Below are positions 26,749-36,499 of a DNA stretch of 37,759 bases, one piece after another (positions within the stretch are counted from its first letter, which is position 1; each line of letters begins with the position of its first letter). Made by a program: the position numbers and the translations under genes. Source of the DNA: Candidatus Iainarchaeum sp. GTDB taxonomy: Archaea; Iainarchaeota; Iainarchaeia; Iainarchaeales; JAFGBZ01. The notes under the pieces were generated by a model that saw only the letters and a list, made by a program, of their open reading frames with translations, made no database searches and was not told the DNA's origin. The stretch is taken from positions 1 through 37,759 of the forward strand of contig JBDRGO010000043.1 in the NCBI GenBank assembly GCA_043817715.1, written 5' to 3'.

Positions 26749-28403
26749 TGCCTACAATTGAAGCAAGTAAAAAAGATCTGGAAAAATTAATTGGAAAAAA
26801 ATTTTCAATGAATGAACTGAAACAAGCATTGCTTTATGTCAAAGGAGAATTAGATGCAGTTGAAGGAGATGCATTAAAAATTGACATCAAGGACACAAAC
26901 AGGCCTGATTTATGGAGCGCGGAAGGGATTGCAAGAGAAATTAAAACAAGAATCGGGTTAAGGAAAGGAATTTTGAAATATAAAGTTAATAAATCAAAGT
27001 ATGAAATAACAATTGATAAAAACCTGGAAAAAATAAGGCCGTTTATTGCATGTGCAGTGATTAAAGATGTTAAATTAGATAATGAAATAATTCTTCAATT
27101 AATTCAAGTGCAGGAAAAAATGTCCCAAACATTCGGAAAAAAACGAGCACAAGAAGGCGCAGGATTATATGATTTTGACAAAATAAAAATGCCAATGAAA
27201 TACAAGGGATTCAAAGACAATGAAATTGAATTCATTCCATTGGACTGGAAAATTCCACTAAAGCCATCAGAAATACTTAAAGAGCATGAAAAAGGAAAAG
27301 CCTATGCGCATTTGCTGGAAGGAAAAGGGCTTTATCCGATAGTGATTGATTCAGCCAATGTTGTTGCTTCAATGCCCCCGATAATTAATTCAGAAGAAAC
27401 CGGAAAAATAACTGAAAAAACAAAAAACATTTTTTTGGAAGTAACCGGATTTAACTGGAAAAAAGCAAATACCCAATTGAATGTTTTATGCATGGCTCTG
27501 GCTGACAGGGGCGGAAAAATTTATTCAGTTAAAGTGAAAATGCCTGAAGGAAAAATTTACCCGAAAACATGCACAACCCCTGAATTCAAGGCAAAAAAAA
27601 TGAACTTTAATTTAGAATTAATTGAAAGAAACACCGGATTAAAATTAAAGAATTCAGAAATAATTTCTTTTCTGCAGAAAGCAGGAATGAATGCATCAAT
27701 CAATGGAAAAAAAATTGAAATAGAATACTGTGAATTCAGGCAGGACATATTTCATCCAGTTGATTTGATTGAAGATATTTTAATCAGCTACGGCTACAAC
27801 AATATTCCTTTGCAGAAAATTGAAATAAATGTGGAAGGAAAACACTTGAATGAAACGCTTTATTTGGACAAAGCAAGGGATGCCTGTGTCGGAATGGGAT
27901 TGCAGGAAATTCTGACATTTAATTTAACTTCAATTGAAAAGCAGAATGAATTAATCGGATTAAAGGAAGAGGATTTGGTGCAGATTGCCAATCCTGTTTC
28001 AAAAAACTGGGAAATCCTGCGCAAAAGAATTACTCCAGAACTGCTTGAATTTTTAAATAAAAACAAGAGATTTGAGTATCCGCAGAAAATATTTGAAATA
28101 GGGACTGCATTAAGGATTGATGAATCGCAGGAAAACAAAGTAAGGGAAACAAAAAATTTATGCATTATTCTGAGCGGAAAAGGATTTTCATTCAATGAAA
28201 TCAAATCAGCCTTGCAGGCAGTATGCGCAAACCTTGGAATTGAATTCAAATTAAATAAATCAATTTATCCTTTCCTCCACAAAGAAAAGCAGGCGGAAAT
28301 TTCAACCTCAAAAGGAAAAGGATTTTTAGGGGAAATAAATGAAAAAACTGTGAAAGCATTTGGATTGGAACAGGATACCGTTGTAATGGAAATGGATCTG
28401 TAA
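26748..28403 (+). CDS. pheT: phenylalanine--tRNA ligase beta subunit (archaeal type)
   Basis: 551 aa. ATGA overlap with pheS. MPTIEASKKDLEKLIGKKFS...NRPDLWSAEGIAREI. Confidence 0.9.
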   Translation: MPTIEASKKDLEKLIGKKFSMNELKQALLYVKGELDAVEGDALKIDIKDTNRPDLWSAEGIAREIKTRIGLRKGILKYKVNKSKYEITIDKNLEKIRPFIACAVIKDVKLDNEIILQLIQVQEKMSQTFGKKRAQEGAGLYDFDKIKMPMKYKGFKDNEIEFIPLDWKIPLKPSEILKEHEKGKAYAHLLEGKGLYPIVIDSANVVASMPPIINSEETGKITEKTKNIFLEVTGFNWKKANTQLNVLCMALADRGGKIYSVKVKMPEGKIYPKTCTTPEFKAKKMNFNLELIERNTGLKLKNSEIISFLQKAGMNASINGKKIEIEYCEFRQDIFHPVDLIEDILISYGYNNIPLQKIEINVEGKHLNETLYLDKARDACVGMGLQEILTFNLTSIEKQNELIGLKEEDLVQIANPVSKNWEILRKRITPELLEFLNKNKRFEYPQKIFEIGTALRIDESQENKVRETKNLCIILSGKGFSFNEIKSALQAVCANLGIEFKLNKSIYPFLHKEKQAEISTSKGKGFLGEINEKTVKAFGLEQDTVVMEMDL

Positions 28404-28438
28404 AGAAAATTAAAGTATAATGGAAATGAAAGCATAAA

Positions 28439-29875
28439 TCAGAATAATTTCATCTGCTTTGTTTTTGGCTCTGATTTAATTTTTTCTTCAGATTCTTTCT
28501 CTTCAGATTCCTCTTCTTGCGGTTTTTCTTTTTCAACCAGTTCCTCTGCAATTCTTTTTCCGCCGAAAGTTTTAATTACTCTTGAGCTTTTTTCAGCCAA
28601 TTGCTTTTTCCTTAATTCATTTGCCTCATCAAAAATTGATTTGACTTTTTTTGTTTCAGGCTTTGAATCCATTAAATAAGCGATTTCTTTTTCATTTAAG
28701 TCAAATTCTGAAGCAAAATTAACTGCTTTTTCCTTGTCTGCAAAAATTATTTTAATGAATTTCAAATCCTGTGAAATCACTTTTCGAGAGCTGGAATTCA
28801 TTTTTTCCCCAAATTTTTTTGCAATTGCTTTCTTGAAAGCCCTTTGGCTTGTGGAACGCGACAGCCTTGAAATCAATGAAGGAAACTGATAAGGTACAAA
28901 TGAATTATATTCATTTTTTTTGCTTAAAGCAACTCCCTCAGTTGCCAGATCCATTGTATATTTCAGCAGGGAATAATCCTGCGCAATGTAAATCCTTCCA
29001 TGAAAAATGTCTGCCCTGGACAAATAATTAAATGCCTCGGCACAATCTTCAGGAACAGTATACTGCCTTGGAATGTTTTCCTCAATCCATGCAAGCAATA
29101 AATCAAAATTCAAATCACTTGCAAACCTTGCCTCGCGGATTTTAGTGAAATCAGTTCCCTTGAAAATTTCCTTCATTACTGCAAAAATTTTCTGCTGGCG
29201 GTCCCTTTCCCCCAAGGAATTCACAACATCAAAATCAATTTTTTTTTCAAAAGAAAGCGACTGCAAATCCAGCAATGCACTGCGGAAATCCCCGTTGGAA
29301 TTTTTTGCCAGTTCTTTTACTGCCTCTTCCTCAAAAGCAATTCCTTCTTTTATGCATAATGCGTTTAATCTTGAAGCAATTGATAAATAATTGATTTTCT
29401 TGAATTCAAGTGTTTTTGAAGCCAAACGAATCCCCTGAAATTTTTTGTCCCCATAAATTTCATTTGCAGTTAAAACCATTGGATTCTGTGAATTTCCTAA
29501 AAGCGAGGCAATTGCCTGCGCTCCGCCTTTGTCATTTTTATGCAGTCCGTCAATTTCATCCAAAAGAATCAGCCTTTTTTTCCCTGAAAAAGAAGTATTT
29601 TGGCAGGCTGCTGCAACAATTTTTTCAATCACTTCTTTTGAGCGGAAATCACTTGCATTCAATTCAAATAAATCCCATTTCATTAATTTGGCAATTAAAT
29701 AAGCCAGAGTGGTTTTGCCGGTTCCTGTACTGCCCCATAAAAGCAAAGGGATTTGCGGTTTTCCCTGCTCCCATGCCAAAGCCCATGATTTTACCTGAGA
29801 AACAATGTCAGAATTTCCAACAAAATCCTCAAAGGATTTAGGAAAGTATTTTTCAGTCCATAACTGCTTAGGCAT
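28439..29875 (-). CDS. rfcL: replication factor C large subunit
   Basis: WTEKYFPKSFEDFVGN, Walker A GSTGTGKTT, LLDEIDG, and an acidic/lysine-rich tail. Confidence 0.9.
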   Translation of the reverse strand: MPKQLWTEKYFPKSFEDFVGNSDIVSQVKSWALAWEQGKPQIPLLLWGSTGTGKTTLAYLIAKLMKWDLFELNASDFRSKEVIEKIVAAACQNTSFSGKKRLILLDEIDGLHKNDKGGAQAIASLLGNSQNPMVLTANEIYGDKKFQGIRLASKTLEFKKINYLSIASRLNALCIKEGIAFEEEAVKELAKNSNGDFRSALLDLQSLSFEKKIDFDVVNSLGERDRQQKIFAVMKEIFKGTDFTKIREARFASDLNFDLLLAWIEENIPRQYTVPEDCAEAFNYLSRADIFHGRIYIAQDYSLLKYTMDLATEGVALSKKNEYNSFVPYQFPSLISRLSRSTSQRAFKKAIAKKFGEKMNSSSRKVISQDLKFIKIIFADKEKAVNFASEFDLNEKEIAYLMDSKPETKKVKSIFDEANELRKKQLAEKSSRVIKTFGGKRIAEELVEKEKPQEEESEEKESEEKIKSEPKTKQMKLF

Positions 29876-29909
29876 AAAGAATAAAAGAAATGAAGGAATT
29901 AAATAATAT
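29827..29909. repeat. 83-bp direct repeat, copy 1 (rfcL codons 1-16 plus the 5' end of the divergent small gene)
   Basis: 82/83 identical to 30355-30437. Confidence 0.95.
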
Positions 29910-30326
29910 GTGGAAAAAGCAATGCATGCAAAATGTAGGAAATGTGCTCAGGGACCTAAAAAAAATTCAAAAATATTTTGCCCGCAAGAATACCAAAAAA
30001 GAGAGAAAGAAGGCGAAGGATGTGAGCATTATTTATGTGACAAAGCAGAAGGGCTTTTTTTAGGCATTTTAAACAGAAAAAAACATGAAATGAAAAAAAT
30101 TAAAATTATCCTGTCTAACGGAAAACCCCCTATTGAAACTAATGCAATTACTGCCCCACATGAAAAAAAATGGGCTATAGTTAAAATCCAAACCCCTGAA
30201 GGGAAAATGCTGCATTTCGCAACTTATTCAGAAAAAAAGAAAACCTGGTTTCTTAACAGAATAACTCCACTTAATTGGAGTAAAGAAGCCAAAGAATATT
30301 TCCAGAAAAATTTCCCGGAATTCTGA
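29910..30326 (+). CDS. Cys-rich small protein, paralog A
   Basis: CxxC-x11-CP-x13-CxHYxC, then WAIVKI...FAT...LNR. The track start is a GTG, with an ATG at 29922. The conserved ATG at 29890 is out of frame. Confidence 0.55.
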   Translation: MEKAMHAKCRKCAQGPKKNSKIFCPQEYQKREKEGEGCEHYLCDKAEGLFLGILNRKKHEMKKIKIILSNGKPPIETNAITAPHEKKWAIVKIQTPEGKMLHFATYSEKKKTWFLNRITPLNWSKEAKEYFQKNFPEF

Positions 30327-30354
30327 ATAAATAGCTTTGAATTAAATTGAATAC

Positions 30355-30403
30355 CCTCAAAGGATTTAGGAAAGTATTTTTCAGTCCATAACTGCTTAGG
30401 CAT
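30355..30403 (-). pseudogene. orphan duplicate of the first 16 codons of rfcL
   Basis: The minus strand reads ATG CCT AAG CAG TTA TGG ACT GAA AAA TAC TTT CCT AAA TCC TTT GAG, identical to the start of rfcL, and then diverges. Confidence 0.7.
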
Positions 30404-30437
30404 AAAGAATAAAAGAAATGAAGGAATTAAATAGTAT
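30355..30437. repeat. 83-bp direct repeat, copy 2
   Basis: 82/83 identical to 29827-29909, with one mismatch at 29906/30434. Confidence 0.95.
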
Positions 30438-30828
30438 TATGGGAAAACCTAAAAATCATTGCACTAGCTGTTGGTATACTACAAAAAACAAACCCTGTCC
30501 AAAAAAACCAATTCCTGAAGATATGACCTACAGACCGCACACATACTGTAAACATTACATGTGCGAGGATGGAGAATTTCAAGCAGGTTATTACCTCGAA
30601 AATAATCCTAAAAAAGCTGAAAATATTTTATTAATAAATGAAAAACAAAAAGAAACAAAAGAAAAGGCAATAGTTTTTCCAGTAATAAAGAAAAAAAAAG
30701 CCGCAATAGTAAAAATTGAAGAAAAATTTTATTTTGCAACACCAATTGAAGAAAATAAGTATCACCTCAATAGAGAAGCAAAATTTAATGCAAGGCAACT
30801 TAGAATAATAGAGGAATGTTATTCTTAA
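30418..30828 (+). CDS. Cys-rich small protein, paralog B
   Basis: CxxC-x8-CP-x16-CxHYxC, then AAIVKI...FAT...LNR. The ATG lies inside repeat copy 2 and is in frame. Confidence 0.6.
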   Translation: MKELNSIMGKPKNHCTSCWYTTKNKPCPKKPIPEDMTYRPHTYCKHYMCEDGEFQAGYYLENNPKKAENILLINEKQKETKEKAIVFPVIKKKKAAIVKIEEKFYFATPIEENKYHLNREAKFNARQLRIIEECYS

Positions 30829-30882
30829 TTGAAGCCACCTAAATTTAAAACTCTTTCCTTAAAGAAATTAATTTGATTCAAA

Positions 30883-32076
30883 ATGCTCATAGGATTAGTT
30901 GGAAAGCCTTCTTCAGGGAAAAGTACTTTTTTTAATGCATGCACTTTAATGAATGTTCCAATGGCTTCTCATCCATTTACTACAATTAAACCAAATCACG
31001 GAATAGGATTTGTTAGGGTTGACTGTGTTGATAAAGAATTTGGAATTCAATGCACTCCACGAACAGGTTACTGTAAAAACGGAACAAGATTTGTTCCAGT
31101 TGAATTAATTGATGTTGCTGGATTAGTTCCAGGCGCAAGTGAAGGAAAAGGAATGGGAAACCAATTCTTAACTGATTTATCCCGAGCAGATTTATTAATT
31201 CATGTTGTAGACGCAAGCGGAAGTGCAAATGAAAAAGGAGAAATTGTTGAAGAAGGAACATATAATCCAATAAATGATGTGAAGTTTTTAGAAAAAGAAA
31301 TTGATGCATGGTTTTCAGGAATTGTTAAAAAAAATTTAGGAAAAAGCACAAGAATACCAACTGAATCAAAAACAAAATTAATTGAATTGATTTCACAGAA
31401 TTTAAGCGGAATAGGGGCAAAACAGGAAAACATTGAAAAAACAATTAATGAACTGAAATTAGGGGAAAAAAAATTAAACCAGTGGACTGAAGAAGATATT
31501 GAAGATTTTTCAAAAACTTTAAGAAGAAATTCTTTGCCGATAATTATTGCAGCAAACAAATGCGATAAAGGAAAGGCAAAAGAAAACATCGAGGAAATGA
31601 AAAAAGAATTCCCTGAAACACTGATTGTTCCATGCAGTGCAATTGCGGAGCTGGCATTAAAAAAAGCAGCAAAAGACGAAGCAATTGATTATTCTCCTGG
31701 AGCAAATGAATTCAAGGAATTAAAGGAATTAAATGAAGAGCAAAGAAAAGGACTGGATTATATTAAGGAAAATGTCCTGCAAAAATTCGGCTCAACAGGA
31801 GTGCAGGAATTGTTGGACAAAGCAGTATTTGAATTTCTTAATTATATTGCGGTTTTTCCCGGAGGGACAAAAGGATTCATTGACTCGCAGGGGCGCATTA
31901 TGCCTGACTGCCTGCTGCTAAAAAACCATTCAACTGCACTGGATTTCGCATTCAAGCTCCACACAGACATGGGCAAAGGATTCATTAAGGCAATAAATGT
32001 AAGGACAAGGCAGGCAGTAGGAAGAGAGCATGAATTAAAAAACAGGGACGTAATAGAAATAGTTTTTAAGGCGTGA
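30883..32076 (+). CDS. OBG-family GTPase with a C-terminal TGS-like domain (YchF/Ygr210-like)
   Basis: G1 [10 protein letters not shown]2 PFTT, G3 DVAGLV, G4 NKCD. Confidence 0.8.
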   Translation: MLIGLVGKPSSGKSTFFNACTLMNVPMASHPFTTIKPNHGIGFVRVDCVDKEFGIQCTPRTGYCKNGTRFVPVELIDVAGLVPGASEGKGMGNQFLTDLSRADLLIHVVDASGSANEKGEIVEEGTYNPINDVKFLEKEIDAWFSGIVKKNLGKSTRIPTESKTKLIELISQNLSGIGAKQENIEKTINELKLGEKKLNQWTEEDIEDFSKTLRRNSLPIIIAANKCDKGKAKENIEEMKKEFPETLIVPCSAIAELALKKAAKDEAIDYSPGANEFKELKELNEEQRKGLDYIKENVLQKFGSTGVQELLDKAVFEFLNYIAVFPGGTKGFIDSQGRIMPDCLLLKNHSTALDFAFKLHTDMGKGFIKAINVRTRQAVGREHELKNRDVIEIVFKA

Positions 32077-32105
32077 ACAACAGGATAAATTCAATTAAAT
32101 AAAAT

Positions 32106-33227
32106 TCACTTAATTTTCTCAATCAATTCCTTTGAAAAATTTAATTTAATTTTTTTTGTTTTTCCTTTGTTTCCCATTGAAATCATTTCAGCAGAAATCA
32201 GTTTTTTTGATTCTAATTTGGAAATTATTGTGCGCAAATGCCTTTCAGTTAATTTTTCTTTTTCTGAGTTATTGTAAATTTCATATGCTTCGCCTGAACT
32301 AAGCTCAGATTTTGATGCAACTGCATTCAGGACTTTTTTTTCAATTTCATCCAGATATTTGATTGATTTTGTTATGGAAGCAGAATCAACTTCAATGAAA
32401 GCATCCTTTAAATGGAGAAGCTGAATTACAGGTGAATTTGCCCTGTCGGCATTGCGCCCTGCCTTCAGCAATGATTCAATTGCAATTCTTGCATCCCCGT
32501 TTAATTTTGCCGCATGGCCGGCGGCAACATCAATTATTTCTTTCAAACAGGAATTCGGAAGAAATGCCTTTTCCGCCCTTTCCCATAAAATATCCTTTAA
32601 CTGCATCGGAGAATATTTATCAAATTGAATTGATTCCTCTGTCAAAGAGCTTTTGGTTCGCGGGTCAAGCTTTAATGTAAGTTCGCAGTTATTTGAAATT
32701 AAAATCAAACCGATTTTTTTTTCCTGATATTCAGTTACGCGCAGTAAATCATAAAGTATTTTTGACTCCTCTTTTGAATTAATTATTTGGTCTGCCTCAT
32801 CCAAAACAATCAAGGGAGTGAAATCAGTTTTTTTCAATTGCTCTAAAATAAGCCCATATAATTCATCAATGCTCATTCCCCTGCGCGGGGCAAACGCCCC
32901 CAAAAAATTGGCTAATTTAAATAAAATTCCCGCACGGGTTGAATATTCAAAACAATTCAGATAAAGATGCTTTGCCCTGCTGGTTTCCCCTTCAAGCTCG
33001 CGCAAAACATATTTCACTGAAGCAGTTTTGCCTATTCCTGTTCCTCCGCAAAGAAACACATTTAAGGGCTTTTTTCCCTCCATTAAAGGCTTAAATGCAT
33101 AAGCAAGCGAATTAATCTCTTTTTCCCTGTGAAACAAGGCATCAGGAACATATTCAGGGTAAAGCACTGACTCATTCATGAAAACAGTGCCTGAATCTTT
33201 CTTAAAAAGTGATTTTTTTTCGCGCAT
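32106..33227 (-). CDS. cdc6: Orc1/Cdc6 replication initiator
   Basis: 373 aa with Walker A GGTGIGKT, Walker B VLDEAD, and a C-terminal winged helix. Confidence 0.9.
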   Translation of the reverse strand: MREKKSLFKKDSGTVFMNESVLYPEYVPDALFHREKEINSLAYAFKPLMEGKKPLNVFLCGGTGIGKTASVKYVLRELEGETSRAKHLYLNCFEYSTRAGILFKLANFLGAFAPRRGMSIDELYGLILEQLKKTDFTPLIVLDEADQIINSKEESKILYDLLRVTEYQEKKIGLILISNNCELTLKLDPRTKSSLTEESIQFDKYSPMQLKDILWERAEKAFLPNSCLKEIIDVAAGHAAKLNGDARIAIESLLKAGRNADRANSPVIQLLHLKDAFIEVDSASITKSIKYLDEIEKKVLNAVASKSELSSGEAYEIYNNSEKEKLTERHLRTIISKLESKKLISAEMISMGNKGKTKKIKLNFSKELIEKIK

Positions 33228-33330
33228 CCAAAAAAAGGAATAAGCAAAACGCTAATTAATCTTTACCATAAAACCTAATGAATTGGAAACCAATAAAAAC
33301 CGTTAATCCACTATAATTATACAGTGAACA

Positions 33331-33588
33331 ATGATGGATTCCAAGACAGATTCATGGTTTGAGAAATTAATGAATTGGATTTCAACAAACTTAAAATTAT
33401 TTGCTGCAATGCTTTTCCTGATTTTTTCAGTCGGAATGATTTACGGGGTTTTTGTGCTACATTTTGTAAAAGAATTCCAGATGCTTTATTTTGCAGCCCC
33501 CCCGGTAATGGGAATAATTTCCTACTACAACAGGGATGTTGCGCTTATAATGCTTGTAATATTCATAGCTTTCTTTATAATTCTTTAA
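33331..33588 (+). CDS. small membrane protein (two or three TM segments)
   Basis: 85-aa hydrophobic ORF directly upstream of the ArsR-like gene. Confidence 0.45.
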   Translation: MMDSKTDSWFEKLMNWISTNLKLFAAMLFLIFSVGMIYGVFVLHFVKEFQMLYFAAPPVMGIISYYNRDVALIMLVIFIAFFIIL

Positions 33589-33598
33589 GTGAAAAAAA

Positions 33599-34321
33599 AT
33601 GGATGAAATGCAAATAGGCTCAATGGAAATAAAAGCGCTTTCATCCGAAACAAGGACTGAAATACTTAAACTTCTGAATGAAAGAAAATACACTTTAAGC
33701 GAATTATCAAAAAAGAAAGGAATTGCCGCATCAAGCATGAAACAGCAGCTGGAAATACTTGAAGAAAGCGAATTAATCCACGGAATAGATGAAGGAAGAA
33801 AATGGAAATATTATTCATTGACGCCGAAAGGAAAAAAATTAATTGAAAGCAGAAACAAGCCAATGCAGATAGCATTGATTTTCGGGGCAGGACTCCTGCT
33901 TATCGCATTTATAGGAATACTTATTTCATCAAATATGCTGCCTATTACAGGCATGCAAGAAGGGAACCAGTTAATGGGGCAAGGGCTTTCCGGAACTGAA
34001 TTAAGAACGGGAACTGCAATAGGAGACCAGCTTCCATTCTATGCAGAAGGAACTTCAGAAGAAGAATGGTGCATAACAGAAGCAAACTGGGAAATGAACG
34101 CAGAAACATCTGCATCAGCAGTTTCTGGCTCAATGACAATACTTGGAAAAGAACTCAAAGAAGGGCAGGAAATGTGCCATGCAGTTTATTCCAGTGAAAC
34201 CCCAGAAGTATTAACTGAAATCCATTATTACTTCAATAATGAAAAACCGCCAAAAATAATAATGGAAACATACAAAAACAATGAACTGCAATATACAAGC
34301 GAAATAAACCAAACCCAATAA
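33599..34321 (+). CDS. membrane-anchored ArsR-family wHTH regulator with an extracytoplasmic C-domain
   Basis: ALSSETRTEILKLLNERKYTLSELSKKKGIAASSMKQQLEILEESELI, then one TM segment (IALIFGAGLLLIAFIGILI), then a 120-aa acidic domain. Confidence 0.65.
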   Translation: MDEMQIGSMEIKALSSETRTEILKLLNERKYTLSELSKKKGIAASSMKQQLEILEESELIHGIDEGRKWKYYSLTPKGKKLIESRNKPMQIALIFGAGLLLIAFIGILISSNMLPITGMQEGNQLMGQGLSGTELRTGTAIGDQLPFYAEGTSEEEWCITEANWEMNAETSASAVSGSMTILGKELKEGQEMCHAVYSSETPEVLTEIHYYFNNEKPPKIIMETYKNNELQYTSEINQTQ

Positions 34322-34372
34322 ATATCGTCAATCAACGAAATATTTATTATTCTTTCTTTCCTTTATTTTTGC

Positions 34373-34870
34373 ATGCATAAAGGGTTTTTTTCACTTCTGC
34401 TGGTGCTTTTGTTTATTTTAATTGCAGTTTCTGTTTCAGATGCAAAAATTTCCCAGAACAAAACCTTTTCTGAAATGCTTTTTCTTTTCAGCGAATTAAG
34501 CAAAAAAAACCTTTTAAGAACCGAGGCAGAGCTTGCCTTTGATTCGGCAATTGAACAGGCGCTTGAGGAAAGCGTTTCAATGCATGACTTTAGCCCTGAA
34601 TCAATCAAGGAAAGAATTTATTCCAAATTGAATTATGAAATAAATGAGCTTAATAAAAGAAAGGAATTTTCCTGCAATGAATTTTCAAAAGAAAAATTCT
34701 TTCAGGATTCAATTGCATGGGCTGAATTTTTTGAAACAGCATACTTACTTGGATTCAGTTATTTCGGAAAAGAAATTTCCTGTTCAATAAATTCATTTGA
34801 TTCGGAAATAACTGCTTTGCTTCCAAAAGGATACACAAGCACAAAGGAGGGATTTTTTGCAGGGAACTGA
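34373..34870 (+). CDS. pilin-like protein (putative class III signal peptide)
   Basis: The N-terminus reads MHKG|FFSLLLVLLFILIAV. Confidence 0.45.
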   Translation: MHKGFFSLLLVLLFILIAVSVSDAKISQNKTFSEMLFLFSELSKKNLLRTEAELAFDSAIEQALEESVSMHDFSPESIKERIYSKLNYEINELNKRKEFSCNEFSKEKFFQDSIAWAEFFETAYLLGFSYFGKEISCSINSFDSEITALLPKGYTSTKEGFFAGN

Positions 34871-35198
34871 ATTCATTATGCTTCTTGCAGGATTCAGCGC
34901 GGCAATACTCCTGCTTTTTTCATTCAATTCAATGCTTTTGGATTCAGGAAATTATGCAATGAAATCAATTCAAGTGAAAAGCGAAAGCCAGGAATGCGCA
35001 TTTCTTGCAGATGAAATTTATGCAAATTCAGTGCAGAAAATTGAAAGGAAAATAAACTGCATTATTCTTGAAGGAAAAGCAACAAGCACAAATGAAGGGA
35101 TTTCAATGAATTCAGAACTGCTGAACAAAAAAACAAGAACCGCAGTCAAAAAAGGAAAGACATCCATTAAGGTGGAATCAGATGGGCATTACAGGTAA
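34857..35198 (+). CDS. pilin-like protein (putative class III signal peptide)
   Basis: TTG start 6 nt after GGAGG. The N-terminus reads QG|TEFIMLLAGFSAAILLLF. Confidence 0.45.
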   Translation: MQGTEFIMLLAGFSAAILLLFSFNSMLLDSGNYAMKSIQVKSESQECAFLADEIYANSVQKIERKINCIILEGKATSTNEGISMNSELLNKKTRTAVKKGKTSIKVESDGHYR

Positions 35199-35748
35199 GG
35201 GAAGCATTTATTCAATGGATTTTCTTTTTTCATTTTTAATCGGAATAATAATTATTTGGATAATTTTAAGCAGTTTTGGTTCAGGAGTGAATTCAGTTGT
35301 TTCAGCCCAAAAAGAATTCGATTTGAAAAGAAAGGCACTGCTTTTAAGCGAGGCAATAGTCAAGGCAAGAAATGAAGAAAAACCATTAATGGGCTCCGCT
35401 TACTTCAATCCATTAAAGCGCAGGGTTGAAAGCAATAAAATTGATTTAATGCTTTTTTCAGGAATTGGCCTGAATTCATTTGAAGATGAAGAAGCAGAAA
35501 TAAATGAACTGAAAATTTCTTTTTTGGATGGGAAAGAAATAAATGCGGCTGAAAGGAAAGGAAGCGAAAACGAAGAAAAGGAAAGTAATAAAGGAAAAGA
35601 AATTGAAGAAAAGGAAAAAAGAGAAAAGAAAGAAAGCGGAAGTGAAGGAAAAGAAAAGAAGAATTGCTTTGGAATTGAAAGGTTTGTTTTTTCAGATGAA
35701 TTAATTCCAAGAAAAGGGATTCTCCTAGTGGTGTTATGTGAAAAATAA
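35182..35748 (+). CDS. pilin-like protein with a K/E-rich insert
   Basis: The N-terminus reads MGITGKG|SIYSMDFLFSFLIGIIIIW. Overlaps both neighbouring genes. Confidence 0.5.
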   Translation: MGITGKGSIYSMDFLFSFLIGIIIIWIILSSFGSGVNSVVSAQKEFDLKRKALLLSEAIVKARNEEKPLMGSAYFNPLKRRVESNKIDLMLFSGIGLNSFEDEEAEINELKISFLDGKEINAAERKGSENEEKESNKGKEIEEKEKREKKESGSEGKEKKNCFGIERFVFSDELIPRKGILLVVLCEK

Positions 35749-36103
35749 AGGGCAGGTTTCAATTGAATGGATTGTTTCATTTCTTTTTGTTTTAATTATT
35801 GCATTGTCAATTCCCTCACAGGGAAAAGTTTCCTTTGAAAACGGAATTCTCGCGCAGAAAATGCATGACCTGCTCATTGTCTGGGCAGAAGAAAAACAAA
35901 ACTCACTGAATGAAATGCAGAAAGACTTTGAATTATTTTTCGGAAAAGGAAAGGCAGTAATTGAAGCTGAATCAAACGGAATAAAAGAAAAAATTGAGCT
36001 GAATCATGAAATGCAGGAAATGAAAGAAAAAATAATTGAAGAAATAATTTATTATGACAGCCGCAAAGCCAGGCAAAAAATCACATTAACTGTTTTTCAC
36101 TGA
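35738..36103 (+). CDS. class III signal peptide (type IV pilin-like) protein
   Basis: GTG start. MKNKG|QVSIEWIVSFLFVLIIAL is a canonical archaeal prepilin motif with Glu at +5. Confidence 0.6.
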   Translation: MKNKGQVSIEWIVSFLFVLIIALSIPSQGKVSFENGILAQKMHDLLIVWAEEKQNSLNEMQKDFELFFGKGKAVIEAESNGIKEKIELNHEMQEMKEKIIEEIIYYDSRKARQKITLTVFH

Positions 36104-36499
36104 AACATGATTCCTTTCATTGATTAAAAGCAGGTTAATTTCTTTTCCTGAAAAAGAAAAATCCATTACATCAATTCCTGGATTGAATTCAAATGATTTT
36201 GTTTTTTCCTTTCCATAAAGAATCAGCTCCACCTTGTTTTTGCTTGAAATTAAATCAAAATCATTTCCGGAAGAAAAACTCATTTCTTTTGCAGTTCCAG
36301 CGGAAAAAACAGAAACCTCTTTCAATGCAGTTTCAAATGAATCCATAAATTCCTCCGCGTTTTTTGCCTCAAGAAAAAAAACCCCTGCATTCACCAGATT
36401 TGTACCGGCAACAAAAAACACCGCGAGAAAACTTACTGCCGCAGCAAATACCAGCAGGTATTCCAATGATGCCTGCGCCTTCACATTAATCAATCTCAT
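36086..36499 (-). CDS. class III signal peptide (type IV pilin-like) protein
   Basis: From the ATG at 36499 it reads MRLINVKA|QASLEYLLVFAAAVSF. The longer track ORF overlaps the upstream pilin gene. Confidence 0.6.
   Translation of the reverse strand: MRLINVKAQASLEYLLVFAAAVSFLAVFFVAGTNLVNAGVFFLEAKNAEEFMDSFETALKEVSVFSAGTAKEMSFSSGNDFDLISSKNKVELILYGKEKTKSFEFNPGIDVMDFSFSGKEINLLLINERNHVSVKNS

Noticed and set aside
29890-30063. 57-codon ORF MKELNNMWKKQCMQNV... from the conserved repeat ATG in copy A.
   Set aside because: It lies out of frame over the Cys-rich ORF, and its product shows no similarity to paralog B beyond the shared first five residues. It more likely reflects a frameshift relative to copy B than a separate gene. 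It is noted under the tandem-paralog finding.
33228-33330. Replication origin immediately upstream of Orc1/Cdc6.
   Set aside because: The spacer is only 103 bp, and I see no repeated ORB-like elements or inverted repeats in it. The 29-bp downstream spacer is too short.
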